Source of the DNA: an uncultured bacterium
GTDB taxonomy: Bacteria > Babelota > Babeliae > Babelales > RVW-14
Direction of reading: 5' to 3'
Length of the DNA stretch: 64,000 nt
Assembly (NCBI GenBank): GCA_963759805.1
Contig: CAVXAT010000011.1
Span: forward strand, 1 to 64,000
In this document: positions 30,812 through 40,365 of the stretch, piece by piece
Layout: every line of letters begins with the position of its first letter
Numbering within the stretch: the stretch's first letter is position 1
Made by a program: the position numbers and the translations under genes
Notes under the pieces: generated by a model
The model's input: only the letters and a program-made list of their open reading frames with translations
Database searches by the model: none
What the model was told of the DNA's origin: nothing

Positions 30812-30835
30812 ATTAGCTAATCGATAGCAAAATTT

Positions 30836-30858
30836 CGGGGCAGAGAATCTCTGCCCCG
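30836..30858. terminator. Hairpin terminator between convergent genes
   Basis: CGGGGCAGAG-AAT-CTCTGCCCCG followed by a T tract. Confidence 0.8.
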
Positions 30859-30866
30859 TTTTTATT

Positions 30867-33446
30867 TCATTGGATCTCTTGACGCAACCAGTCTTTTGCC
30901 AGCTCAATGCCCATTATTTTAATTAATGATAATCCCAAGATTATTCCCCACTCCACAATACTTAGATCTGTCACCTGAAATAAATTCCTTAAGAAAGGTA
31001 CATACAATGCACAAAGTTGGAGACTAAATCCTGCCACAACAGTCCAAATAAGCCACATATTGTTAAACAAATTAATTTTAAATATAGATTTTTTGAAGCT
31101 TTTCACCGCGAAAACATAAAGTAGCGAATCATACGCCAGTGCCGTAAAAATAATTGTTCTAATATGATCTATCGGCATATCCATTTTAAGCATAACAACA
31201 TACATTCCAAACAAGCCTAAATCTGTAATAAGACCAATTAAGAAAATCATAACTTTCATATCATGATTCAATATTGGTTCATATTTGGGCCTAGGGGCAC
31301 GCTTCATAATGTCCTGCTCTTCGGGTTCTTTTATAAGCGCAAGATGCGTAAATCCGTGTCCAACCATATTAATCCAAAAAATCTGTGTGGCAAATAATGG
31401 TAATGGATATCCACATAGGACTGCTCCGAATATCAGTACAATTTCACTGAAACTACGCGACATCAAAAAAACCAACATTTTTCTGATGTTGTCAAAAATG
31501 GTTCGCCCTTCTCGCACTGCCGCACCAATCGAAGACAGATTATTATCAAGTAAAACCATATCTGCAATTTCATGAGCAACATCAGAACCTGAACCAAGCA
31601 CAACTCCAATATCTGCAGATTTTAAGGCCGGAGCATCATTTACACCATCTCCAACCATTGCAACCGCTCTACCAATATTTTTGAACGCATTAACAATTCT
31701 AATTTTATGTTTTGGCTCAACGCGTGCAAAAATATTTACATTTTCAATCCGCTGCTCCAAAACTTTGTCAGGCATTTCATCAAGTTGAATTCCGGTAATA
31801 ACATTTTGCTCGGAAACCGGAAGCCCAACTTCGCCGGCAACTCGCATTGCAGTATCTTTGCGATCACCGGTCACAACAACAAGTTGTATGCCGGCACCCA
31901 AAAGTTCCTTAACTGTTTGTTTGGCCTGAGGGCGTAGTGGATCCTTAATTCCGAGTAGCCCACAAAATTCAAAGTCCGCTAATTTTTCGGGTATGACTTT
32001 GTCTTGCATATCTTTTGCTGCAACGGCAATAACTTGAAGGCCCTGATTAAACATAAACTCCGCAATTGCTTTAAATTTGATTAACTCATTATTTTGTTTG
32101 CAAAATTCAAAAATTTTCTCTTGAGCCCCTTTCACAATCAATTTGTTTAATCCCTCATATTTGTGCAAAGTAACCATATATTTTAAATTAGGTGAAAAAG
32201 GGATCTCGGCTAGTCTTTTACCCTTTTTTCTGATGGCACAAACATTTATATCCAAATAACGAGCCAGATCCAAAATCGCAATGTCCGTCTGATTGCCCTT
32301 GAACAAAACATCATCCTGTAATTGTGCATCATTATTTAAAACCGCTAAGGTAACTAATTTTTTCAATTCATCAGATTCAATTTTATTGGAGTAATCAACT
32401 GCAAATACTTCACCATTACTTGTTACAACATCGCTAACAAGCATTTTACCTTCAGTTAATGTTCCGGTTTTATCAGTACAGATTACAGAAACACTTCCCA
32501 AAGTTTCAGCCGCAACAAGATGTCGGACTAAAGCGTGACGTTTCAACATTCGCTGCATTCCGATTGCCAAAATTGCCGTAACCGTCACAAACAACCCCTC
32601 CGGAACCGAAGCAACTGCAAGAGCAATTGCTATGGAAATAATCGTGTGCAGCTCAATCCCACGCCAAAATCCAATAGCCAAAACAACTGCGGAAACAGAA
32701 ACCATTAAAACGCTAAGCAACCACGACAGTTGTAAAATTTGGTCCTGCAGAGGAGTAGAGGTTTCCTCTGTTTGCAAAACTAGTCCGGCAATTTGCCCCA
32801 GATAAGATTGAATACCGGTGGCAACAACAATCCCCTCCGCCTTTCCACTAATTATGAATGTTCCGGCCAATGCCATATTCTTCTGTTCAGCAATGATCTT
32901 TTTCTCACTTATTAGATCTGTACTTTTTTCAATAGGCGTTGACTCACCTGTCAAAATTGATTCATCAAAATTCAAATCAATGGCCTTTGTTATTCTAATA
33001 TCAGCAGGAACCTTGTCTCCAGCTGACAGTAAAACGATATCACCCGGGACTAAAATTTTTGAATTAATTGTAAAAATTTTTCCATCCCGTCTAACATTAC
33101 AAAATTGGGTCTCATACGCTTTAAGTGTAAAAACTGCCCGTTCAGCTTTATACTCCTGGAAAAACCCAACTATCGCATTTGCAAGTGCGGCAATCAAAAT
33201 AACAATGAAATCCTTGAATGAGTACATCAGCAAACTTGCTACCATTGCAAGAATCAGAATGGCCATTAATGGATTCAAAAATTGATTTAATAGAATAATC
33301 CAAACACTAGTCAACTCTTTATGTGGAATTTCATTATAGCCAAAGACATCCAGTCGTTGTCTGGCATCTTCACTGGAAAGCCCAGTTTGAATATCAGTTT
33401 TAAAATGCTGGGCAACAGAACCTAGATCCATTTGATAAAAATTCAT
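30867..33446 (-). CDS. P-type cation-transporting ATPase (type IIA-like)
   Basis: LTGES, VPEGL, DKTGTLT, DPLR, TGD, GDGVNDAP. Confidence 0.95.
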   Translation of the reverse strand: MNFYQMDLGSVAQHFKTDIQTGLSSEDARQRLDVFGYNEIPHKELTSVWIILLNQFLNPLMAILILAMVASLLMYSFKDFIVILIAALANAIVGFFQEYKAERAVFTLKAYETQFCNVRRDGKIFTINSKILVPGDIVLLSAGDKVPADIRITKAIDLNFDESILTGESTPIEKSTDLISEKKIIAEQKNMALAGTFIISGKAEGIVVATGIQSYLGQIAGLVLQTEETSTPLQDQILQLSWLLSVLMVSVSAVVLAIGFWRGIELHTIISIAIALAVASVPEGLFVTVTAILAIGMQRMLKRHALVRHLVAAETLGSVSVICTDKTGTLTEGKMLVSDVVTSNGEVFAVDYSNKIESDELKKLVTLAVLNNDAQLQDDVLFKGNQTDIAILDLARYLDINVCAIRKKGKRLAEIPFSPNLKYMVTLHKYEGLNKLIVKGAQEKIFEFCKQNNELIKFKAIAEFMFNQGLQVIAVAAKDMQDKVIPEKLADFEFCGLLGIKDPLRPQAKQTVKELLGAGIQLVVVTGDRKDTAMRVAGEVGLPVSEQNVITGIQLDEMPDKVLEQRIENVNIFARVEPKHKIRIVNAFKNIGRAVAMVGDGVNDAPALKSADIGVVLGSGSDVAHEIADMVLLDNNLSSIGAAVREGRTIFDNIRKMLVFLMSRSFSEIVLIFGAVLCGYPLPLFATQIFWINMVGHGFTHLALIKEPEEQDIMKRAPRPKYEPILNHDMKVMIFLIGLITDLGLFGMYVVMLKMDMPIDHIRTIIFTALAYDSLLYVFAVKSFKKSIFKINLFNNMWLIWTVVAGFSLQLCALYVPFLRNLFQVTDLSIVEWGIILGLSLIKIMGIELAKDWLRQEIQ

Positions 33447-33634
33447 ACCATCCCCCGATAAAGGTTAATTCTGACAATAATGCTTCAAAAGTCATAAATA
33501 TCTCTTACAATATTTCATATTGAATTTTCAACAAAAAAATATTTAAAGTATCCAAATTATTGTCCTTCGAGAAAATCTGGATTATAATCTGCAGACTAGA
33601 TTCGATAAATAAAATAATTTTTTTGGGGATAACC

Positions 33635-35206
33635 ATGAGCAAAACATTAACAAAGTTGTTTTTCGTATCCTTTTTTCTTTTCACATTTAATTACCCAGCA
33701 CACAGCGTAACTCATAAACAGGCACGGCTTGCAAGTATATCAGCAGGGACTGCCACAGGGCTAGCCGTAGCTGCTGCAATATTATATGTCAGTTTCAAAG
33801 CCAAACTTAACAACAAAACTGGAATTATAGCCTCAACAGCCGGAGGGGTATCCACCGCATTCTTAACCTATTTATGGATGATGAAAATACTTGAAAAATA
33901 TACGCCTGAGAATGTCCTTCAAGTAGTCAAGGACAAGTTTGAAAACATAAGACAAGACGATTTTGCTAATAAAGACTTTGTAAATGATGAAGAGATGCTA
34001 GAATATTTAAATTCTAAATTTGGAAATTCGTTAGCAAAAGAAGAATCTATCGACCATCTTAAAAACTTAAGCACTCAAACTAGCAAAATACTTGAAAATT
34101 TGAATCAAGTTCAGGATGTTGTTAAAAATTGTGATTTAATCAATATCTATCAAGAACTAAAAGATCGCATACTTCTCTTTGATGAGTTAATAAGTGTAAA
34201 AATGGCACAAGTAATCATAGCATTTATTAAAACTAATACAGATCTCAACTCAGATACTTTAAATCAACATTTAAAAAGCTTAGATAATGCACAGGAAATT
34301 ATCTACGAGATTGTATCAAAAATTCCACACAAAAAAATATTCGACAATGCAATGGCAACATTAAAAAGTCAAATCGACAAAATTGAAGATCTTAAAAATT
34401 TAATTCAAATTAAAAAAATCCAGTTAATAATACAGGAGACAGATAACCAACTAAAAGATGTATGCACAGAAACAATAACGGATCAGGCCAATCAGCTTGA
34501 GTACCTGTTATCGAGTCTGGATCAAGCACAAAATCAACTGCAAACAATGCCTAACAATTTAGCCAGTAAAGATTGTGAAGATCTCCTTAAGCTAAAAATT
34601 AAAGTAAAATTAAAACTGATAGAATCTTTAATAAAATTGATTGAAATGGACTATTTTATAAGCACTGAATTTGAAACGGATGAAAATTTAGGGAATATGA
34701 TCTCTACTAAATTTGAAAGCCCTTGGTATCTAATTCTAGCCAAGAAAGGCTTAGCAGCATATCTAAGTAAGCTAGACTACATAAGCAAAAATTTAGCGGA
34801 TGTAATAAAATTTATAAAAGAAAATCAAGAAACAGGTCAACTTAAAGAGCTTCATACAATTTTACAAGAAAAAACCATCCATTTAATCAAAAAGGTAGAA
34901 ACCTTAATGTTAATGATCGTAAAAAATAAAGATTACATGAGCCAACTTCAAGCATACGAGCAAAATCTAGTAACAAAAAAACAGATTGAAATTCTAGAAA
35001 ATCAAACTCTACTCATGGAAAAGCGAATTGAGAATGATAAAAAAACAGAAGCATCCATAAACAATCTCAAACAATCACAGGATTCTAAATTTCAAGACAT
35101 AAACACCAAAATTTATACGCTTGAAAACAAAATAAAAAATTATAATTGGAACATAGAATCCAAAATTGATCAACTCCAAAATATCGTAAAAGAAAAACTA
35201 ATTTGA
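33635..35206 (+). CDS. Coiled-coil membrane protein, tandem paralogue 1
   Basis: Signal-like N-terminus, two adjacent Gly/Ala-rich TM segments, long heptad-rich region; start MSKTL shared with paralogue 2. Confidence 0.8.
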   Translation: MSKTLTKLFFVSFFLFTFNYPAHSVTHKQARLASISAGTATGLAVAAAILYVSFKAKLNNKTGIIASTAGGVSTAFLTYLWMMKILEKYTPENVLQVVKDKFENIRQDDFANKDFVNDEEMLEYLNSKFGNSLAKEESIDHLKNLSTQTSKILENLNQVQDVVKNCDLINIYQELKDRILLFDELISVKMAQVIIAFIKTNTDLNSDTLNQHLKSLDNAQEIIYEIVSKIPHKKIFDNAMATLKSQIDKIEDLKNLIQIKKIQLIIQETDNQLKDVCTETITDQANQLEYLLSSLDQAQNQLQTMPNNLASKDCEDLLKLKIKVKLKLIESLIKLIEMDYFISTEFETDENLGNMISTKFESPWYLILAKKGLAAYLSKLDYISKNLADVIKFIKENQETGQLKELHTILQEKTIHLIKKVETLMLMIVKNKDYMSQLQAYEQNLVTKKQIEILENQTLLMEKRIENDKKTEASINNLKQSQDSKFQDINTKIYTLENKIKNYNWNIESKIDQLQNIVKEKLI

Positions 35207-35283
35207 TTTTAAGAACAGTGCAAAATCATTGATCGTTTTTAAAGTTAAAAACCATTAAGGAAATAATTTTTTTGAGGATAACC

Positions 35284-36864
35284 ATGAGCAAAACATTAAC
35301 AAAGTTGTTTTTCGTATCCTTTTTTCTTTTCACATTTAATTACCCGGCACACAGCGTAACTCATAAACAGGCACGGCTTGCAAGTATATCAGCAGGGACT
35401 GCCACAGGGCTAGCCGTAGCTATTGCAATATTATATGGTAGCAGCAAAGCCCCAATTAACACCCAAACTGAAATTATAGCCACAGCCGGAGGGATATCCA
35501 CTGCATTCTTAACCTATTTATGTATGATAAAAATACTTAAAAAATATACGCCTGAGAATTTCCTACAATCTATCAAGGACAAGTTTGAAAAAATAAAACA
35601 TGACGACCTGGCTAATCAAGACTTTATAAATGACAAAGAAATATTAGAATACCTAAATTCTAAGTTCGGAAATTCGTTCGCAAACGAAGAATCTATTGTC
35701 CATCTTAAAAACTTAAAAGCTCAAACAGATAAGATCCTTGAAGAATTAAATCAAATTCAAAATTGTACTAAAAGTTGTGATCTAATCAAGCTTTATGAAG
35801 AACTACAAAATAATCTACTTTTCTTTGATGAACTAATAAGTATAAAAATTACACAAGTAATCATGGCATTTATTAAAACGGATATAAATTCAAACTTAGA
35901 TACTTTAAATAAACAGCTAGAAAGCTTATATAACTCGTATGAAATTATCTCCGAAATGATATCCAAAATTCCACACAAAAAAATATTCGACAATGCAATG
36001 GCAACATTAAAAAGTCAAATCGATAAAATTGAAAATCTTAAAAATTTAATTCAAATTAAAAAAATCCAGTTAATAATACAGGAGTCAGATAACCAACTAA
36101 AAGATGTATGCACAGAAACAATAACGGATCAGGCCAATCAGCTTGAGTACCTGTTATCGAGTCTGGATCAAGCACAAAATCAACTGCAAACAATGCCTAA
36201 CAATTTAGCCAGTAAAGATTGTGAAGATCTCCTTAAGCTAAAAATTAAAGTAAAATTAAAACTGATAGAATCTTTAATAAAATTGATTGAAATGGACTAT
36301 TTTATAAGCACTGAATTTGAAACGGATGAAAATTTAGGGAATATGATCTCTACTAAATTTGAAAGCCCTTGGTATCTAATTCTAGCCAAGAAAGGCTTAG
36401 CAGCATATCTAAGTAAGCTAGACTACATAAGCAAAAATTTAGCGGATGTAATAAAATTTATAAAAGAAAATCAAGAAACAGATCAGCTTAAAGAGCTTCA
36501 TACAATTTTACAAGAAAAAACCATACGTTTAATCAAAAAGGTAGAAACCTTAATGTTAATGATCGTAAAAAATAAAGATTACATGAGCCAACTTCAAACA
36601 TATGAGCAAAATCTAGTAACAAAAAAACAGCTGGAAAAACGGATTGAGAATGATAAAAAAATAGAAACATCCATAAATAATCTTAAACAGTCACAGGATT
36701 CTAAATTCCAAGACATAAGCACCAAAATCTATACGCTTGAAAACAAAATAAAAAATTATGAAAGGAGACGATTGATTAAATATTTGAAAATGCAATCTAA
36801 AATCGATCAACTCCAAAACGCTATAAAAGAAAAAAGTTATTTGCCCCAACCCCGTCCTACTTAG
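35284..36864 (+). CDS. Coiled-coil membrane protein, tandem paralogue 2
   Basis: Near-identical to 33635-35206 at the N-terminus and over the central/C-terminal region. Confidence 0.8.
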   Translation: MSKTLTKLFFVSFFLFTFNYPAHSVTHKQARLASISAGTATGLAVAIAILYGSSKAPINTQTEIIATAGGISTAFLTYLCMIKILKKYTPENFLQSIKDKFEKIKHDDLANQDFINDKEILEYLNSKFGNSFANEESIVHLKNLKAQTDKILEELNQIQNCTKSCDLIKLYEELQNNLLFFDELISIKITQVIMAFIKTDINSNLDTLNKQLESLYNSYEIISEMISKIPHKKIFDNAMATLKSQIDKIENLKNLIQIKKIQLIIQESDNQLKDVCTETITDQANQLEYLLSSLDQAQNQLQTMPNNLASKDCEDLLKLKIKVKLKLIESLIKLIEMDYFISTEFETDENLGNMISTKFESPWYLILAKKGLAAYLSKLDYISKNLADVIKFIKENQETDQLKELHTILQEKTIRLIKKVETLMLMIVKNKDYMSQLQTYEQNLVTKKQLEKRIENDKKIETSINNLKQSQDSKFQDISTKIYTLENKIKNYERRRLIKYLKMQSKIDQLQNAIKEKSYLPQPRPT

Positions 36865-37969
36865 ATTTTTTCAATGCAAATTGCCCACAGCCACCGGCAA
36901 TATCAACCCCATGACTACGCCGAACCGTAACCATAAATGACTTTGATTTTAAGAACAGTGCAAAATCATTGATAGTTTTTTCTGTCGAAGCGCGCAATGC
37001 AGGTTTCTGCATTGTATCGTTTGTTGGGTTATACGGAATCAGATTAAATTTAACCTTAACGTTACTCAAAAGCCTGACAAGTTGCTTCGCATGCTCGGCC
37101 TGATCGTTTATGCCCGCTAACATTATGTACTCAATCGTTATGCAATCACGTTTGCCTAATTCAATTTTTTGCAGCTCACCTACAAGCTTTGATAGCGGGA
37201 ACGTTTTATTAATCGGCATGTACTCTGACCTAAGTTCATCGTTTGGAAAATGGAGCGAAACGGCAAGATTTACTTCAAACTTATTGATAAATGCCGCAAT
37301 ACCGGGACCAACCCCGGCAGTAGAAACCGTAATTTTTGATCTGGACAAACCCAATAAATTTTCATCAAGTAGAGTAGATATAGCCCTTTTAACTGCATCT
37401 AAATTCAGAAACGGCTCTCCCATGCCCATAAAAACCACATTTGAGATACGGCCCGCAAGCTTGTGCTCTTGTGCATATTTTTCAACAACCAAAAACTGTC
37501 CTACAATTTCGCTTGAATCAAGCTTTCTGACAAAACCGATCTCGGAACCGGTAGCACAAAAACGGCACTTGAGAGGACACCCAACCATGCAAGATACACA
37601 GATGGTAGCACGTCTTGAAACTATACCCTTTTCATCCTGGCCTGCCAGCCATAGCCTTCCAGAGGCGACGGCTGGAACGATCATTAAAATAGATTCGATT
37701 AATTTACCATCGTGCGCTTTGAGTAAGAACTTATAAGAACCATCTTTTTTGGACTCAATAACATCTTCAATTTGCGGAACAAAAAAATCGAATTTCTCTG
37801 ATAGCATAGTCTGCATGTTTTTTGAAAAACTTGTCATTTTAGAAAAATCGAACACATGCTTTTTGAAAATCCAATCACAAAGTTGGGTAAGCCTGAATTT
37901 TTCAAATCCAAATTCAAGCATTAACTCTTTAAGTTCACCAAACGATAAATCCAAAATATTTTTTCTCAT
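36857..37969 (-). CDS. rlmN: Radical SAM 23S rRNA/tRNA m2A methyltransferase
   Basis: GCPLKCRFCATG, VFMGMGEP, LAVSLH, NLIPYN, GCGQ; 12-aa insertion PAVASGRLWLAG. Confidence 0.96.
   Translation of the reverse strand: MRKNILDLSFGELKELMLEFGFEKFRLTQLCDWIFKKHVFDFSKMTSFSKNMQTMLSEKFDFFVPQIEDVIESKKDGSYKFLLKAHDGKLIESILMIVPAVASGRLWLAGQDEKGIVSRRATICVSCMVGCPLKCRFCATGSEIGFVRKLDSSEIVGQFLVVEKYAQEHKLAGRISNVVFMGMGEPFLNLDAVKRAISTLLDENLLGLSRSKITVSTAGVGPGIAAFINKFEVNLAVSLHFPNDELRSEYMPINKTFPLSKLVGELQKIELGKRDCITIEYIMLAGINDQAEHAKQLVRLLSNVKVKFNLIPYNPTNDTMQKPALRASTEKTINDFALFLKSKSFMVTVRRSHGVDIAGGCGQFALKKSK
37640..37675. repeat. 36-bp family-B element in frame in rlmN
   Basis: Minus strand CCAGCCGTCGCCTCTGGAAGGCTATGGCTGGCAGGC, closely similar to 62976-63012. 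Confidence 0.88.
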
Positions 37970-38252
37970 ATGAATATCTGCACCTATAAAAACCTGTCAA
38001 AACCTACTAGAAACAGCTAAATTCATTTACAAACTAAGTTTAGCATGACGCTAAAATAAAAGCCAACAGGCTAACAGAACACATTTGGCCCAAATTTGCG
38101 CAAAAAGGCTATTTGGAGGCGGTTTTAAATTAGTATCAAACCAATACCATTGACTTGGACCACTGCGATTAATTATATTTAAAATATACGAAATACCACA
38201 AATACAACACAAAGTAATAAATACTAATCTTTAGGGGGAAGGGGGAAAAATC

Positions 38253-38858
38253 ATGAGATCGCTAAAAATTTTATCACTGGCCTGTCTAATTTCACTGTCG
38301 CAAGCAAACACAACCAAGGCATCGCGAAATTTCGATGCAGATAATCCACCAAATCCAATGGATGCCAAAAATGTTACACTCACCATTTTTAATAAAACAG
38401 ATACGCCAATCAAAACTAGCTTTTTTTTGGAAAATAAAAAAGTATGTCACGGCAAAATAATAGAACCGGGAAACCAGCTCATATTTGATGTAGAAGGAAG
38501 ATACAATAAAAAAAGAGCTTACTTTAAATTTCGTATCCCAGGAGATAAAACCAAAGGCACAGGGGTAAGATTCTTTTACAAAAAAGAAGCCAAAGCCAGA
38601 GGGATAAAAATAGACGAAATATATCTTCTACAAGATAACCAAGGAAACTTTGTTATAAGCACAACTCCGGAAATAAACCAAATAACAACACTTTTGAAGG
38701 CTGACATCCATGCAACTCTGCCACCTGCAGTTTTTCCTGAAAAACGTAAAAAGTCTAACAAGAACAAGGTTGCATCTAAAAAGCATAAAATATCAAAACA
38801 CAAAACAAAATCAAAACATGAAACAAGATTAAAACACGAAGTTGCAATCGAAAATTAA
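38253..38858 (+). CDS. Secreted hypothetical protein with a K/H-rich basic tail
   Basis: Signal peptide; C-terminal KRKKSNKNK...KKHK. Confidence 0.7.
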   Translation: MRSLKILSLACLISLSQANTTKASRNFDADNPPNPMDAKNVTLTIFNKTDTPIKTSFFLENKKVCHGKIIEPGNQLIFDVEGRYNKKRAYFKFRIPGDKTKGTGVRFFYKKEAKARGIKIDEIYLLQDNQGNFVISTTPEINQITTLLKADIHATLPPAVFPEKRKKSNKNKVASKKHKISKHKTKSKHETRLKHEVAIEN

Positions 38859-38890
38859 TATTCAAAAATTATAATTTAATCGCAAACAGT

Positions 38891-38920
38891 AAGGCGGCAG
38901 TTTTTTACAACTACCGCCTT
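38891..38920. terminator. Hairpin terminator between convergent genes
   Basis: AAGGCGGCAGTT...AACTACCGCCTT. Confidence 0.65.
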
Positions 38921-38942
38921 ATGCTATCTAAATCAATCGTCT

Positions 38943-39866
38943 TTAATTTTTAACACCAACATATGCAAACAGAGGATCATGCAGTTTGCGTCCAGTTTTT
39001 TCGTGGGTAATGCTGAATAATGGGAGCGAAAGCAGCTTGTTAAACTCTTCAAATTCACCCTCGACCAAATACCCATAAACCCCATCTCTGCTCAATAAAT
39101 TTTTGTGTAATGCTGTCAAAAATGGTTCCAAAGGCTTTGGGGAAAAATCTGATGCAATAAGAATATCACACCGGCTAATTTCTCCGTGATTAATTTGCAA
39201 ACCATACTCATCCACATTGTCATATATATTGCACTCAATATTTAATTTAGAAATATAATATTTTTTCAAATATGAAAACCAATGCAAAAATTGAGAAAAC
39301 ATTCTATTAAGTTCGCAAAAACTTAAATAGCATTTTGTTTTATCATATGCTTTTACGAAACAGGGAATATACAAATTATCAACAAGATTTACCTGTATAT
39401 TAAAAAAACCACCTTCAATCAATTTGTTGAGAATAACAAGCGTATCAAATAATCTGCCTGAACCCAATATCGTTATATTAACAACCCCATTTTTATCTGC
39501 AAATACTCGTTTTATCTCAGACAAAAGAAAATACTCAAAAGATCCTCTTATCCCTGGATGTCTACGTCTATCAAAGTTATCACAATGACATTCATCCAAA
39601 AGCCCCAAAACGTGTGCTTTCCCTTGCGTCTTAAATTCACGGATTTCCGAGAGAAACTCTGCTATTGATGTAAAAGTATTCGATCGATTAAATGCTTGAT
39701 CCATACACTTTTTTATGTGATCAAATTGTATTAATTCACTGTCCCCAAAACTTCCTCTATTTTGTTCAAATTTAAGCGTACAATGCCCGGCATAACAACC
39801 TTTACCAATGCACAGTAGTAAAACCAAAACAAAAAAAACTGAAGCTTTTCGTTTGATATTAAACAT
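38943..39866 (-). CDS. Secreted hypothetical protein with a possible Rossmann/SAM-binding-like motif
   Basis: Signal peptide; ITILGSG...VNLVD pattern. Confidence 0.6.
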   Translation of the reverse strand: MFNIKRKASVFFVLVLLLCIGKGCYAGHCTLKFEQNRGSFGDSELIQFDHIKKCMDQAFNRSNTFTSIAEFLSEIREFKTQGKAHVLGLLDECHCDNFDRRRHPGIRGSFEYFLLSEIKRVFADKNGVVNITILGSGRLFDTLVILNKLIEGGFFNIQVNLVDNLYIPCFVKAYDKTKCYLSFCELNRMFSQFLHWFSYLKKYYISKLNIECNIYDNVDEYGLQINHGEISRCDILIASDFSPKPLEPFLTALHKNLLSRDGVYGYLVEGEFEEFNKLLSLPLFSITHEKTGRKLHDPLFAYVGVKN

Positions 39867-40036
39867 GGGGATCTCTTAAAAAAATTAGCTTATAAAAATA
39901 TAACCTCATTTTGCCTTCCATTGTTTATAGTATGACATATGGGGTTAAATAAAACAAAGGCTGATTGGGACGGGATTGGTCATAGAAAATACTGAAACAT
40001 TTCAGGCTGTGACATAAAAAACTCGAACTTTGGGGA

Positions 40037-40343
40037 GCCACCTACGCCCTCCGCCTAACGGCTTCGTGGCTATGCATGGCAGGCCATCTCTGACCATTAT
40101 CCCGTGACTTCTTTGCGTCATAAGCAACCGTGCTTTTTAACCAAAAAGGCTTCGTAATATCCGTGCTTTTTAACCAAATATTAACTAAAGTTAGAATTGT
40201 TTGATCATCAAAATAGCTCGTAATTTATTCGCCGTCGCCAGAAAACCCCATGGCTTACGACGAAGCCCCGAGCGTTGCGATGGGGCGAAGACGGGTTTGG
40301 CTATGGCGGAATTTCGCGCGATACAACGGCTTTAAAGCCGTTG
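40037..40343. repeat. Intergenic mosaic of hairpin elements and short direct repeats
   Basis: Family-B-like elements at 40037-40085 and 40228-40312 (nested); perfect 20-bp palindrome at 40324-40343; CCGTGCTTTTTAACCAAA x2. Confidence 0.7.
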
Positions 40344-40365
40344 AGCGCTTCATTTAAATATCAAG

